A DNA stretch of 39,689 bases, taken from the NCBI GenBank assembly GCA_964396645.1, contig CAYNFV010000002.1:1-39689 (forward strand), given 5' to 3'. A model generated the notes under the pieces. That model did not search any database, had not been told where the DNA came from, and worked only from the letters and a program-made list of their open reading frames with translations. Positions 14,716-23,305 of the stretch are shown here, in pieces; within the stretch, counting starts at the first letter, position 1; every line of letters starts with the position of its first letter. The translations under genes and the position numbers were made by a program. The stretch comes from an uncultured Dehalococcoidales bacterium (lineage in GTDB: Bacteria > Chloroflexota > Dehalococcoidia > Dehalococcoidales > BS750m-G39).

Positions 14716-17400
14716 TTGGAAACAATTACAATCACACTTGATGGTGTGGAGGTAAGCGGCTCTGCCGGGATGAGCATCCTAGAGCTCGCCCGGGAATCAG
14801 GAGTGGATATTCCCACTCTTTGTCATGACCGTTATCTTATCCCCACCGGTGCCTGCCGGCTCTGTATTGTCGAAGACGAGAGTTCCGGAGCCCTGCTTGC
14901 CTCCTGCGTCTCGCCAATAAGGGCCGGGATGGTGATAAACACCCGCTCGCCACGGGTAATGGAGCGTCGGAAAACACTCATCCAGCTCATGCTCGCCAGC
15001 CACCCCGACTCTTGCTTGGTGTGTGATAAAGGCAACCAGTGCCAGCTGAGGAAGCTGGGCGCCGAGATGGGCATCGGGCTGGTGGAACTACAAAGAATCC
15101 CGCAACTGGCGGCCATTCAAGAGGTGAACCCCTTCATTGAAAGAGACCTGTCCAAGTGCATCCTATGCGGCAAGTGTATCCGGGCCGACCAGGAGCTCGT
15201 TGTCGAAGGCGCCATTGATTACATCGGCCGCGGCTTTGCCGCCAGACCGGCCACACTAAATGATATGCCGCTGGAAAGCTCTGAGTGCACCTTCTGCGGG
15301 ACCTGCGTCGCCCACTGTCCCACCGGTGCCCTCATGGAAAAAGAGAGGGCATACCGCGGCACGACCACGACCACCGTTGATACCGTCTGTCCCTTCTGTG
15401 GCTGCGGCTGTATCCTCCACCTGGAGGTAAAGGATAATCAGATAGTAAGGGTTAAGCCGGGGGAAAGCCCGGTCAATCACGGTACGCTCTGCGCCCGGGG
15501 GAGCTACGGCTACGATTTCATAGAGAGCCCGGAAAGGCTGACCAGTCCCCTAATCAAGGTGGACGGCGATTTTCAAAAAGCATCCTGGGAAGAGGCCATA
15601 GAGCGGGTAGCTGCTGAGTTCAAAAGGATAAAAGAGGCCTATGGCGCCGACAGTCTGGCCGTGCTTGGTTCCTCCAAGTGTACCAACGAAGAGAACTACC
15701 TGCTACAGAGGCTGGCCCGGGTAACATTAGGCACCAACAACATTGATAACGGCAGCCGTCTCTATGGCTCGGCCAGCCGGGTTGGTCTGGGGCGCTCTAT
15801 CGGTTTTCCGGGGACAACGAATTCATTGGAAGAACTGGAGAAATCAGAGCTAATAATGGTTATCGGGGCTAACCCCGTTGTCTCGGCGCCGGCGGTGGGC
15901 TATGCCATAAAACGCGCCGTTAAATATAACGGCGCCAGGCTGCTATTGGTCGACGTGCGCCCCACCAAGCTCAACCATTTCGCTCATATCTGGCTGAAAC
16001 CTAGGATGGGCACTGATGTAGCCCTGCTCAACGGCCTGGCCCGGGTGATCATTGAGGAAAGACTGTTCGACGAGGAATTCGTCGCCCGCAAAACGGACAA
16101 CTTCGACGAGCTTTCCCAGAGCCTGAAGCCCTATAGCCTGGAAAGGGTGGAAAAGCTAACCGGTATCCCCAAACAGGATGTTCAGCGGGCAGCCCGTAGT
16201 CTGGCTGAGGCAGAGTGGGCTTCTATTGTTTACGGAAACGGGATTACCCAGCACGTCAACGGCGTTGACGGCGTAATGGCCCTGGCTAACCTGGCCATGC
16301 TGACGGGGAACATCGAGCGTCGGGGCGGAGGCATCTTTGCCCTGCAACGGGAAAACAACGCCCAGGGTGCCTGTGATATGGGCAGCCTGCCCGATTTCCT
16401 GCCCGGCTATAAGAGCCTGGACGACGAGCCGGCTAAGAGTGACTTTGAAAAGCGGTGGGGGAGCCGTCTGCCCCAAAATAGCGGGCTATCGGCGCTGGAG
16501 ATGATGGAACAGGCTCAAGCCGGAAAGCTCAAAGGGATGCTGGTTGTCGGCGAAAACCCCGCCACCAGCTTCCCCCGCCCCTCTCTGGTTAAAAAGGCCC
16601 TGGATTCTCTGGAGTTTCTGGTGGTGGCCGACATCTTCCTTAACGAGACGGCTAAGCTGGCCGACGTAGTCCTGCCCTCAGCCAGCTTCGCCGAAAAGGA
16701 GGGCAGCTTCACCAACTTTGAAGGCAGGACCCAGCCGGCCAGAAAGGCCATCGAACCAATTGGCGAATGCCAGCCCGATTGGAAGATAATTCTCCAGCTG
16801 TCCGATAAAATGGGGCAGCCGATGCCCTATTCCTCTCCCCAGGAGGTCAGGAGCGAGATCGAAGAGCTGGTCCCCTTTTATCAGCCCCCCGCCTCGGCCG
16901 ACCTGGAGAAGGAGGACGTGGACTGGGCTGAGCTGGAGAGTGATAGCGTACGCACCAGGCGCCTCTACAAAGGCCCCTTCCCCAGCGGCTTCGGGCGCCT
17001 TTCCCCAATTGAGTTTAGCCCGCCCACCGATGTATCCGCTAACGGCTACCCGCTGACCCTGCTGTCGGGCTCTATACTGCACCACTTCGGCAGCGGCACC
17101 AGGAGCTCTAGGGCCTCGCGGCTCAAGGAATTTTTGCCACACTCCTGGCTGGAAGTCAGCCCGGGCGATGCCAGGAAACTCGGCATTGGCGACGGGGACC
17201 CGGTCAGGGTAGTCTCACCACTAGGCGAACTGACGACCAAGGTAAAGCTAAGCGACTCGTTACCCCCGGGGCTGCTCTTCATGCCCATCTCTTTCCCGGA
17301 GAGCCCGATAAACGAGCTCTTCGATAGCAAACTAGACCCCCGCTCCAAGGCTCCTTTTCTCAAAAGCTGCGCGGTGAGGCTGGAAAGGACTAAGTCGTAA
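14716..17400 (+). CDS. FdhA/NuoG-like molybdopterin-oxidoreductase-family subunit with N-terminal [2Fe-2S]/[4Fe-4S] domains; lacks the Sec/Cys-His catalytic dyad of formate dehydrogenases
   Basis: The N-terminus carries CHDRYLIPTGACRLC, HPDSCLVCDKGNQC, CILCGKCIRA and CTFCGTCVAHCP. The MopB cluster motif is CPFCGCGC...C. The active-site segment reads TNNIDNGSRLYGSAS, with TAT (Tyr350) at 15763-15765. The start is TTG with an AAAGGAG RBS. Confidence 0.85.
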   Translation: METITITLDGVEVSGSAGMSILELARESGVDIPTLCHDRYLIPTGACRLCIVEDESSGALLASCVSPIRAGMVINTRSPRVMERRKTLIQLMLASHPDSCLVCDKGNQCQLRKLGAEMGIGLVELQRIPQLAAIQEVNPFIERDLSKCILCGKCIRADQELVVEGAIDYIGRGFAARPATLNDMPLESSECTFCGTCVAHCPTGALMEKERAYRGTTTTTVDTVCPFCGCGCILHLEVKDNQIVRVKPGESPVNHGTLCARGSYGYDFIESPERLTSPLIKVDGDFQKASWEEAIERVAAEFKRIKEAYGADSLAVLGSSKCTNEENYLLQRLARVTLGTNNIDNGSRLYGSASRVGLGRSIGFPGTTNSLEELEKSELIMVIGANPVVSAPAVGYAIKRAVKYNGARLLLVDVRPTKLNHFAHIWLKPRMGTDVALLNGLARVIIEERLFDEEFVARKTDNFDELSQSLKPYSLERVEKLTGIPKQDVQRAARSLAEAEWASIVYGNGITQHVNGVDGVMALANLAMLTGNIERRGGGIFALQRENNAQGACDMGSLPDFLPGYKSLDDEPAKSDFEKRWGSRLPQNSGLSALEMMEQAQAGKLKGMLVVGENPATSFPRPSLVKKALDSLEFLVVADIFLNETAKLADVVLPSASFAEKEGSFTNFEGRTQPARKAIEPIGECQPDWKIILQLSDKMGQPMPYSSPQEVRSEIEELVPFYQPPASADLEKEDVDWAELESDSVRTRRLYKGPFPSGFGRLSPIEFSPPTDVSANGYPLTLLSGSILHHFGSGTRSSRASRLKEFLPHSWLEVSPGDARKLGIGDGDPVRVVSPLGELTTKVKLSDSLPPGLLFMPISFPESPINELFDSKLDPRSKAPFLKSCAVRLERTKS

Positions 17401-17885
17401 TGGCCAGAGCCAAGAAGGTTAGCCAGGCCGACCTGAAGAAGATTGACACTATTATCGCCAACTATCAGGAGCAGAGATGGGGGCTTATCCCTCTGCTGCA
17501 TGATGTCCAGCAGGCGGTGGGCTATATCCCCCCGGAGGCAATACCGCGCATCGCCAGCGCCCTGGGCCTCTTTCCCAGCCAGGTACAGGGGGTGATTACC
17601 TTTTATGCCCAGTTTTATACCGAGCCGCGGGGCAGGAATATCGTCAGGGTATGCCGGGGCACGGCCTGTCATGTGCGGGGCGGCAAAACGATACTGAAGC
17701 TGGTAAAGCAAGAGCTGGGCTTAGAAGAAGGCGAGACCAGCCCCGACCTGGAATACACCCTGGAGACCGTGGCCTGCATTGGTGTCTGCGCCCTGGCGCC
17801 CAACATCGTCATCAACCAGGAAACCCACGGCAATCTGAACCCGAAGAAAGTAGCCCGATTGTTCGAGAGTAGGCGTAAGAAATGA
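17400..17885 (+). CDS. NuoE/HydC-like [2Fe-2S] subunit
   Basis: VCRGTACHVRGG and ACIGVCALAPNIVIN. The ATG overlaps the upstream stop (TAATG). Confidence 0.9.
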   Translation: MARAKKVSQADLKKIDTIIANYQEQRWGLIPLLHDVQQAVGYIPPEAIPRIASALGLFPSQVQGVITFYAQFYTEPRGRNIVRVCRGTACHVRGGKTILKLVKQELGLEEGETSPDLEYTLETVACIGVCALAPNIVINQETHGNLNPKKVARLFESRRKK

Positions 17886-20800
17886 AGGGAAACGGACATA
17901 AAAAGCGCACTGTTCTTGTCTGCCGGGGCACGGGGTGTGTCTCGGGCGGGGGCGACGCTGTCCTCAAGGCGCTGAAAAGCGAGCTGGCCAGGCAGGGTGT
18001 CAAGGGCGCCGAGATTGATTTCACCGGCTGTCACGGCTTCTGCCAGCAGGGCCCCAATGTTGTCGTCGAGCCGGACGGCATCTTCTATACCCACGTCGAG
18101 CCCGAGGATGCGGCTGAGATTGTAAGCTCGCACCTGCGCGACGGCAAGCCAGTGGAGCGCCTCTTCTACCGCGACCCCGTCAGCGGCCAGGCGATACCAC
18201 GATACGCCGATATTAAATTCTATAAAGAGCAGAGGCGGGTCGTCCTGCGCAACTGTGGGCATATCAATCCGGAGAGGATTGATGACTACCTTGACCGCGG
18301 CGGCTACCAGTCCCTGCGCAAGGTGCTCTTCCAGATGAAGCCAGAAGAGGTCATCGACGAGGTAAAGAGGTCGGGATTGCGCGGGCGCGGTGGGGCCGGT
18401 TTCCCCACCGGACTCAAGTGGGAATTCTGCCACAATGCCTCCGGCTCACCCAAATATGTTATCTGCAACGCTGATGAAGGCGACCCCGGTGCCTTTATGG
18501 ACCGCTCTATCCTGGAGGCAGACCCCCATTCCGTCATCGAAGGGTTGGCCATCTGCGCTTACGCCATCGGTTCTAATGAAGGTTATATCTATGTTCGCGC
18601 CGAATACCCACTGGCGGTAAGCCGGCTCCGGATAGCTCTTGACCAGGCCAGAGAGAGGGGGTTCCTGGGTAATGATATACAGGGCTCCGGTTTCAATTTC
18701 AATGTGCAAATTAAGGAAGGGGCCGGTGCCTTTGTCTGTGGTGAGGAGACCGCCCTTATCGCCTCTATCGAGAGCCGGCGGGGCATGCCCCGCCCCCGCC
18801 CGCCTTTCCCGGCCCAGTCGGGGCTGGACGGTAAGCCCTCCAACATTAACAATGTGAAAACACTGGCCTCAATACCGGTCATTATGGAGAGGGGCGCCGA
18901 CTGGTTTGCCAGTATCGGCACCGAGAAGAGCAAGGGCACCGCCGTTTTTGCCCTCACCGGTAAAATCGCCAACAGCGGACTGGTGGAGGTGCCCATGGGT
19001 ACCCCGTTATCCAAAATTATCTACGAGATTGGCGGCGGCATCCCCAGAAATAAACGGCTTAAAGCGGTGCAGACCGGCGGCCCCTCCGGCGGCTGTATAC
19101 CGGCCCGTTTCATTGACCTGCCGGTGGACTACGAGTCACTGGCCAAGATGGGCTCGATAATGGGCTCCGGCGGCATGGTGGTCATGGACGAGACGACCTG
19201 TATGGTGGATGTTGCCCGCTACTTTCTCAGCTTCACCCAGGCCGAGTCCTGCGGAAAGTGCACCCCCTGCCGCCTGGGGACGAGACAGATGCTGGAAATA
19301 CTGACCCGAATCACGGAAGGCAAAGGCAGCGAGACTGACATAGACACCCTGCTGGCTATAGCCGTAACCGTCAAGGAGTGCTCACTGTGCGGCCTCGGCC
19401 AGACCTCGCCCAACCCGGTGCTCTCCACCATTGAATACTTTCGGGAGGAGTATGATGCCCACATAAAGGAGAAGAAGTGTCCGGCGGCGGTCTGCGACGC
19501 CCTGATGATATCGCCCTGTCAGCACACCTGCCCGGTAGGCATCAACATCCCCAAATATGTGGCCCATATCGCCGCCGGTGAATATAGAGAGGCTGTGGAG
19601 ACTATCTGGGAGCGCAACCCCTTCCCGGCTATCTGCGGCCGCATCTGCAGTCACCCCTGTGAGTTCAGGTGCCGCCGCGGGGAACTGGACGACCCCGTGG
19701 CTATCCGAGCCCTGAAACGCTTCGCCTCTGACTGGTATTTCGAAAACGTCACCGAAGACCCCGAGCCCTTTCCCCAAACCCAGAGCCAGCGAGTGGCTGT
19801 GGTCGGGGCGGGGGCCACGGGACTTTCTTGCGCCTACTTCCTGGCCAAGATGGGCTACCCGACAACCGTCTTCGAGGCGCTCCCCGTGGGCGGCGGTATG
19901 CTCTCGGTGGCCATACCCGAGTTCCGGTTACCTCGAGCGATTATCGAAAAGGAGATTGACTATATCGCCAAACGGGGGGTGGATATACGCTACAACACCC
20001 CGATTAACGTTAACTTCACCGTGGAGGACCTGAGGAAGGACGGCTACTCCGCCGTCTTTATCGCCGCCGGCGCTCAGAGAAGCCAGCGCATCGGCGTGCC
20101 CGGCGAACTGGAGGACGTCGAAGGCTTCTATTACGGACTGAGGTTCCTAAGAGACGTAAAGCTGGGCCGAGCGGTTAAGGTCGGCCGCCGCACCGCCGTC
20201 ATCGGCGGTGGCAACGTGGCCCTGGATGCGGCCCGCACTGCCCTACGCTCCGGTGCCGAGGAGGTAAAGATATACTACCGCCGCTCCCGGGAGGAGATGC
20301 CGGTTACCGAGGTAGAATACGACCAGGCTATTGACGAGGGCATTGAGGTCGGCTTTTTGATTAGCCCCACCCGCATCGTCGTCGATAACTGGCGGCTAAC
20401 CGGTCTGCAGTGCATCAAGATGAAGCTCGGCGAGCCCGACCAGAGCGGCCGCCGGCGGCCCGTCCCCATCACCGGCTCGGAGACCTTTATTGAGGCTGAT
20501 ACTGTTATCGCCGCCGTGGGCCAGGCGCCAGACCTCTCCTTCCTGCCCCTTGACAGCGTTCTGGAGCGCACCCGCTGGGAGACCCTGGTCGTTGACAGCA
20601 ACACCCTGGCGACCAACATCAGCGGCATCTTTGCCGGTGGTGACTTTGTTACCGGGCCGGGTATGGTGATAGACGCCATCGCCGCCGGCAGGAGGGCAGC
20701 CATCTCTATAGACAAATACCTGAGGGCCGATACCTCCAGGGTTGAGATGTACGACCTTAAAGCCAGAGTCGTCGGCGAGGAGCCGGCGCCAGAGGTGGAG

Positions 20801-20950
20801 GAAGCCTGGGAAGCACAGCCCAGAGTGGCCGTGCCGACACTCCCAGTCAAAGAAAGGAAAACGAGCTTTGCCGAGATAGAGCTTTGCTTCTCTGAAGAGA
20901 AGGCCCAGCAGGAAGCCAGGCGGTGTCTCAGGTGTGACCTAGAGACCTAG
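17882..20950 (+). CDS. Fusion protein: NuoF/HydB-like FMN/NADH FeS module (residues 1 to about 530) + GltD/NfnB-like FAD/NAD(P)H module (about 531-1022)
   Basis: NuoF part: VCRGTGCVSGG...CHGFCQQGP, GLRGRGGAGFPTGLKW and ESCGKCTPCRLG. GltD part: CQHTCPVGINIPKYV, CGRICSHPCEFRCRRG, the dinucleotide folds VAVVGAGATGLSCAYFL and TAVIGGGNVALDAA, and GIFAGGD. The ATG overlaps the nuoE-like stop (ATGA). Confidence 0.9.
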   Translation: MKGNGHKKRTVLVCRGTGCVSGGGDAVLKALKSELARQGVKGAEIDFTGCHGFCQQGPNVVVEPDGIFYTHVEPEDAAEIVSSHLRDGKPVERLFYRDPVSGQAIPRYADIKFYKEQRRVVLRNCGHINPERIDDYLDRGGYQSLRKVLFQMKPEEVIDEVKRSGLRGRGGAGFPTGLKWEFCHNASGSPKYVICNADEGDPGAFMDRSILEADPHSVIEGLAICAYAIGSNEGYIYVRAEYPLAVSRLRIALDQARERGFLGNDIQGSGFNFNVQIKEGAGAFVCGEETALIASIESRRGMPRPRPPFPAQSGLDGKPSNINNVKTLASIPVIMERGADWFASIGTEKSKGTAVFALTGKIANSGLVEVPMGTPLSKIIYEIGGGIPRNKRLKAVQTGGPSGGCIPARFIDLPVDYESLAKMGSIMGSGGMVVMDETTCMVDVARYFLSFTQAESCGKCTPCRLGTRQMLEILTRITEGKGSETDIDTLLAIAVTVKECSLCGLGQTSPNPVLSTIEYFREEYDAHIKEKKCPAAVCDALMISPCQHTCPVGINIPKYVAHIAAGEYREAVETIWERNPFPAICGRICSHPCEFRCRRGELDDPVAIRALKRFASDWYFENVTEDPEPFPQTQSQRVAVVGAGATGLSCAYFLAKMGYPTTVFEALPVGGGMLSVAIPEFRLPRAIIEKEIDYIAKRGVDIRYNTPINVNFTVEDLRKDGYSAVFIAAGAQRSQRIGVPGELEDVEGFYYGLRFLRDVKLGRAVKVGRRTAVIGGGNVALDAARTALRSGAEEVKIYYRRSREEMPVTEVEYDQAIDEGIEVGFLISPTRIVVDNWRLTGLQCIKMKLGEPDQSGRRRPVPITGSETFIEADTVIAAVGQAPDLSFLPLDSVLERTRWETLVVDSNTLATNISGIFAGGDFVTGPGMVIDAIAAGRRAAISIDKYLRADTSRVEMYDLKARVVGEEPAPEVEEAWEAQPRVAVPTLPVKERKTSFAEIELCFSEEKAQQEARRCLRCDLET

Positions 20951-20968
20951 CTAGGCAGGAGGTTTGCC

Positions 20969-21613
20969 ATGAAATCAATAACCAGACAGAAGCCCTTCGA
21001 AGAAATAAAGCAGCAGCTAGACAGCTTTAACCGGGTGTTTATCATCGGCTGCGGTACCTGTGCCACCATGACCAAGACCGGTGGCATTGAGCAGGTGCTG
21101 GAGATGAAGAGCCAGCTTCAGAAGATAGACAAGCTGGTCAGTGGCTGGACAGTTATCCCTATCGCCTGCGACGAAATGAGTGAAGTAGCCATGAAGGAAA
21201 ATGACCGGGCTATTCAGAATTCGAACTGTGTCCTAGTAATGAGTTGCGCACTGGGTGTACACAAGATAAGTACTTACATTGACCACCCGGTCATTCCGGC
21301 GCTGGATACCCTGTTCATCGGTATGGAGGATACCCCGGGCTATTTTCGCGAGGTCTGTGCCCAGTGCGGGCAATGTATCATTGGTGAAACCGCCGGCATA
21401 TGCCCCATCACCGCCTGCCACAAAGGTCTGGTTAACGGCCCCTGCGGCGGCACCAATAACGGCAAGTGTGAGGTGGACAAAGAGAAGGACTGTGCCTGGA
21501 CGCTTATCTACGAGCGACTCAAGGCCCAGAACCGCCTTGATTTAATGCGAAAGTATCAGCCTCCCCACAACTTCCAGGCATCGCCCCGGCCGAGGACAGC
21601 CAGAATCTCATAG
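20969..21613 (+). CDS. metV: MetV, the zinc-ribbon/FeS small subunit of anaerobe-type methylenetetrahydrofolate reductase
   Basis: FIIGCGTCATMTKTGG and CPITACHKGLVNGPCGG motifs. It sits immediately upstream of metF. AGGAGG lies 6 nt before the ATG. Confidence 0.85.
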   Translation: MKSITRQKPFEEIKQQLDSFNRVFIIGCGTCATMTKTGGIEQVLEMKSQLQKIDKLVSGWTVIPIACDEMSEVAMKENDRAIQNSNCVLVMSCALGVHKISTYIDHPVIPALDTLFIGMEDTPGYFREVCAQCGQCIIGETAGICPITACHKGLVNGPCGGTNNGKCEVDKEKDCAWTLIYERLKAQNRLDLMRKYQPPHNFQASPRPRTARIS

Positions 21614-21628
21614 AAGGAGGTCAGCAAA

Positions 21629-22513
21629 ATGGTGTCAAGCTTTAAAGAAAAGCTCAACTCGGGCAAGTTTGTCATTACCAGCGAGGTGGCACCTCCCAAG
21701 GGGACCAACCTGGAAAAAACACTGCACCATATTGACCTTCTCAAAGATAAGGTGGATGCGATTAACGTTACCGACCATCAGAGCTCGGTAATGCGCTTCC
21801 CCTCCATCGGCGGCTGCCTGGCGATTAAGGAAAGGGGTGGCGAGCCTATCCTGCAGATGACCTGCCGCGACCGCAACCGCCTGGCCCTCCAGGCCGAGCT
21901 CTTGTTTGCCTATTCCCGGGGTATAAACAACGTTCTCTGCCTCACCGGCGACGCTGTTCCCGTCGGCGACCACAAAGAGGCTAAGGGAGTCTTCGACCTC
22001 GATTCCCTGCAGCTGCTGAAGACGATTCGGATAATGGAATCGGGGCAGGATTTGGGGGGCAATAACCTCGATGGGGCGGTGGAGTTCTGCGCCGGCGCCA
22101 CCGTCACCCCGGAGGCTAATCCAATTGAGCCCCAGCTCATCAAATTCGAGAAGAAGGTGGAGGCGGGCGCCGAATTCTTCCAGACCCAGGGAATCTACGA
22201 CCTGGATAACTTTGCCAAATTCATGAAGCACGCCCGTCAGTTTCCGGTTAAGATACTGGCCGGTATAATCCTGCTCTCTTCAGCCAGAATGGCCAAGTTT
22301 ATGACGGAAAATGTCCCGGGTATATTTGTCCCCCAAGAAATGATTGGCGAACTGGCGGCAGTACCCAAAGAGGAGATGCTGAGCAAGGGTATTGAAATCG
22401 CCGGGCGCATGATTAAAGCCTTGAAAAAGGACTCCGTTTGCGATGGCGTGCACATTATGGCCATTGGCAAAGAGGAGGTCGTCCCCGATATCCTGGCCGC
22501 CGCCGGCCTGTAG
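21629..22513 (+). CDS. metF: Methylenetetrahydrofolate reductase, MetF (acetogen/anaerobe type)
   Basis: 294 aa. KFVITSEVAPPKG, DAINVTDHQSS, MTCRDRN and FFQTQGIYD are typical of the MTHFR TIM barrel. A GAAGGAGG RBS is present. Confidence 0.9.
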   Translation: MVSSFKEKLNSGKFVITSEVAPPKGTNLEKTLHHIDLLKDKVDAINVTDHQSSVMRFPSIGGCLAIKERGGEPILQMTCRDRNRLALQAELLFAYSRGINNVLCLTGDAVPVGDHKEAKGVFDLDSLQLLKTIRIMESGQDLGGNNLDGAVEFCAGATVTPEANPIEPQLIKFEKKVEAGAEFFQTQGIYDLDNFAKFMKHARQFPVKILAGIILLSSARMAKFMTENVPGIFVPQEMIGELAAVPKEEMLSKGIEIAGRMIKALKKDSVCDGVHIMAIGKEEVVPDILAAAGL

Positions 22514-22517
22514 GGCG

Positions 22518-23222
22518 TTAAACTACTCTCTGGGGATTGGTGTAGATCTTCATTCCCCTATCCCTGACAAAGCCGATAATGGTCAGCCCGCACTCCTGTC
22601 CAATCTCGATTCCCAGCCTGGTTACCGCCGTCTTGGTGGCCACAACGGGAATCCTGGCCCGGCAGACCTTGGAAACCATGTCGGAGACCATCCTGCCGGT
22701 TGAGGTGGCGAAGGTATGGCTGAGGTCAAACTTATTAATCAGGGCGTAGCCAATCACCTTGTCCAGTGCGCTGTGCCGTCCGATGTCTTCGGTTATGCAG
22801 ACTGGTTCCGCCCCCCGTTTAAACAGCCCGGCTGAGTGTATGCCTCCGGTCTCGGCGTATATTTTAGATTTCAGGATGGCGTTGACCCCCTTGAATATAT
22901 CTTCTCGGCTGACGCTGAAATCAGAGCCTATCTCCGCAGGCCCTTTTGCCTTACCCTTTTTCTTGAGCAGGCTCACCTCAGCGGTATCCCCTCTCAGTGT
23001 TATCGATTCTATGTCGGCAGCGCTTTCGATAACTCCCCACCCGAACAGGTGCCCGACTACAAACTCCTTCTCCATCATGGGCGTTATCATGGCGGTGGTA
23101 AAATGCTTTCCGTTTACAATAATTGATAAACCCAGCTCGGTGACTACCCTTTCCCTAGCCTTGCTGACTTCGGCATCCAACCTGGTGTATTCAACCCACT
23201 CCAGGCTTCTATCTTTGGACAT
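22518..23222 (-). CDS. fdhD: FdhD-family protein (formate dehydrogenase accessory/sulfur-carrier family), short form lacking the CxxC loop
   Basis: The family signature ITEDIGRHSALDKVIGYAL and ETGGIHSAGLF are present. The protein is 234 aa with only three isolated Cys and no CxxC. Its stop is 4 nt from the metF stop (convergent). Confidence 0.75.
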   Translation of the reverse strand: MSKDRSLEWVEYTRLDAEVSKARERVVTELGLSIIVNGKHFTTAMITPMMEKEFVVGHLFGWGVIESAADIESITLRGDTAEVSLLKKKGKAKGPAEIGSDFSVSREDIFKGVNAILKSKIYAETGGIHSAGLFKRGAEPVCITEDIGRHSALDKVIGYALINKFDLSHTFATSTGRMVSDMVSKVCRARIPVVATKTAVTRLGIEIGQECGLTIIGFVRDRGMKIYTNPQRVV

Positions 23223-23305
23223 TTTTATGTGCCTCCGGCTCTCTCTAAGTATAACGGCTTTAAGGCTGGTTGGCTAGCTTCGGGGATTTGACTGGGCAGC
23301 GGGTA

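Noticed and set aside
14716-17400. Straightforward annotation as NAD-dependent formate dehydrogenase alpha subunit
   Set aside because: The overall architecture fits, but the Sec/Cys-His dyad is replaced by Tyr-Gly. I therefore call it FdhA-like rather than FDH.
17046-18433. Long minus-strand ORFs (221 aa at 17046-17711 and 254 aa at 17669-18433)
   Set aside because: They lie entirely antisense to the well-supported fdhA-like, nuoE-like and nuoF::gltD genes. They are shadow ORFs typical of GC-rich coding DNA, with no motifs and no RBS.
21635-22231. 198-aa minus-strand ORF inside metF
   Set aside because: It is antisense to a clearly recognisable MetF and has no recognisable domain.
22759-23277. 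172-aa + strand ORF
   Set aside because: It is antisense to the FdhD-like gene. Its composition is Ser/Leu/Pro-rich and low in complexity.
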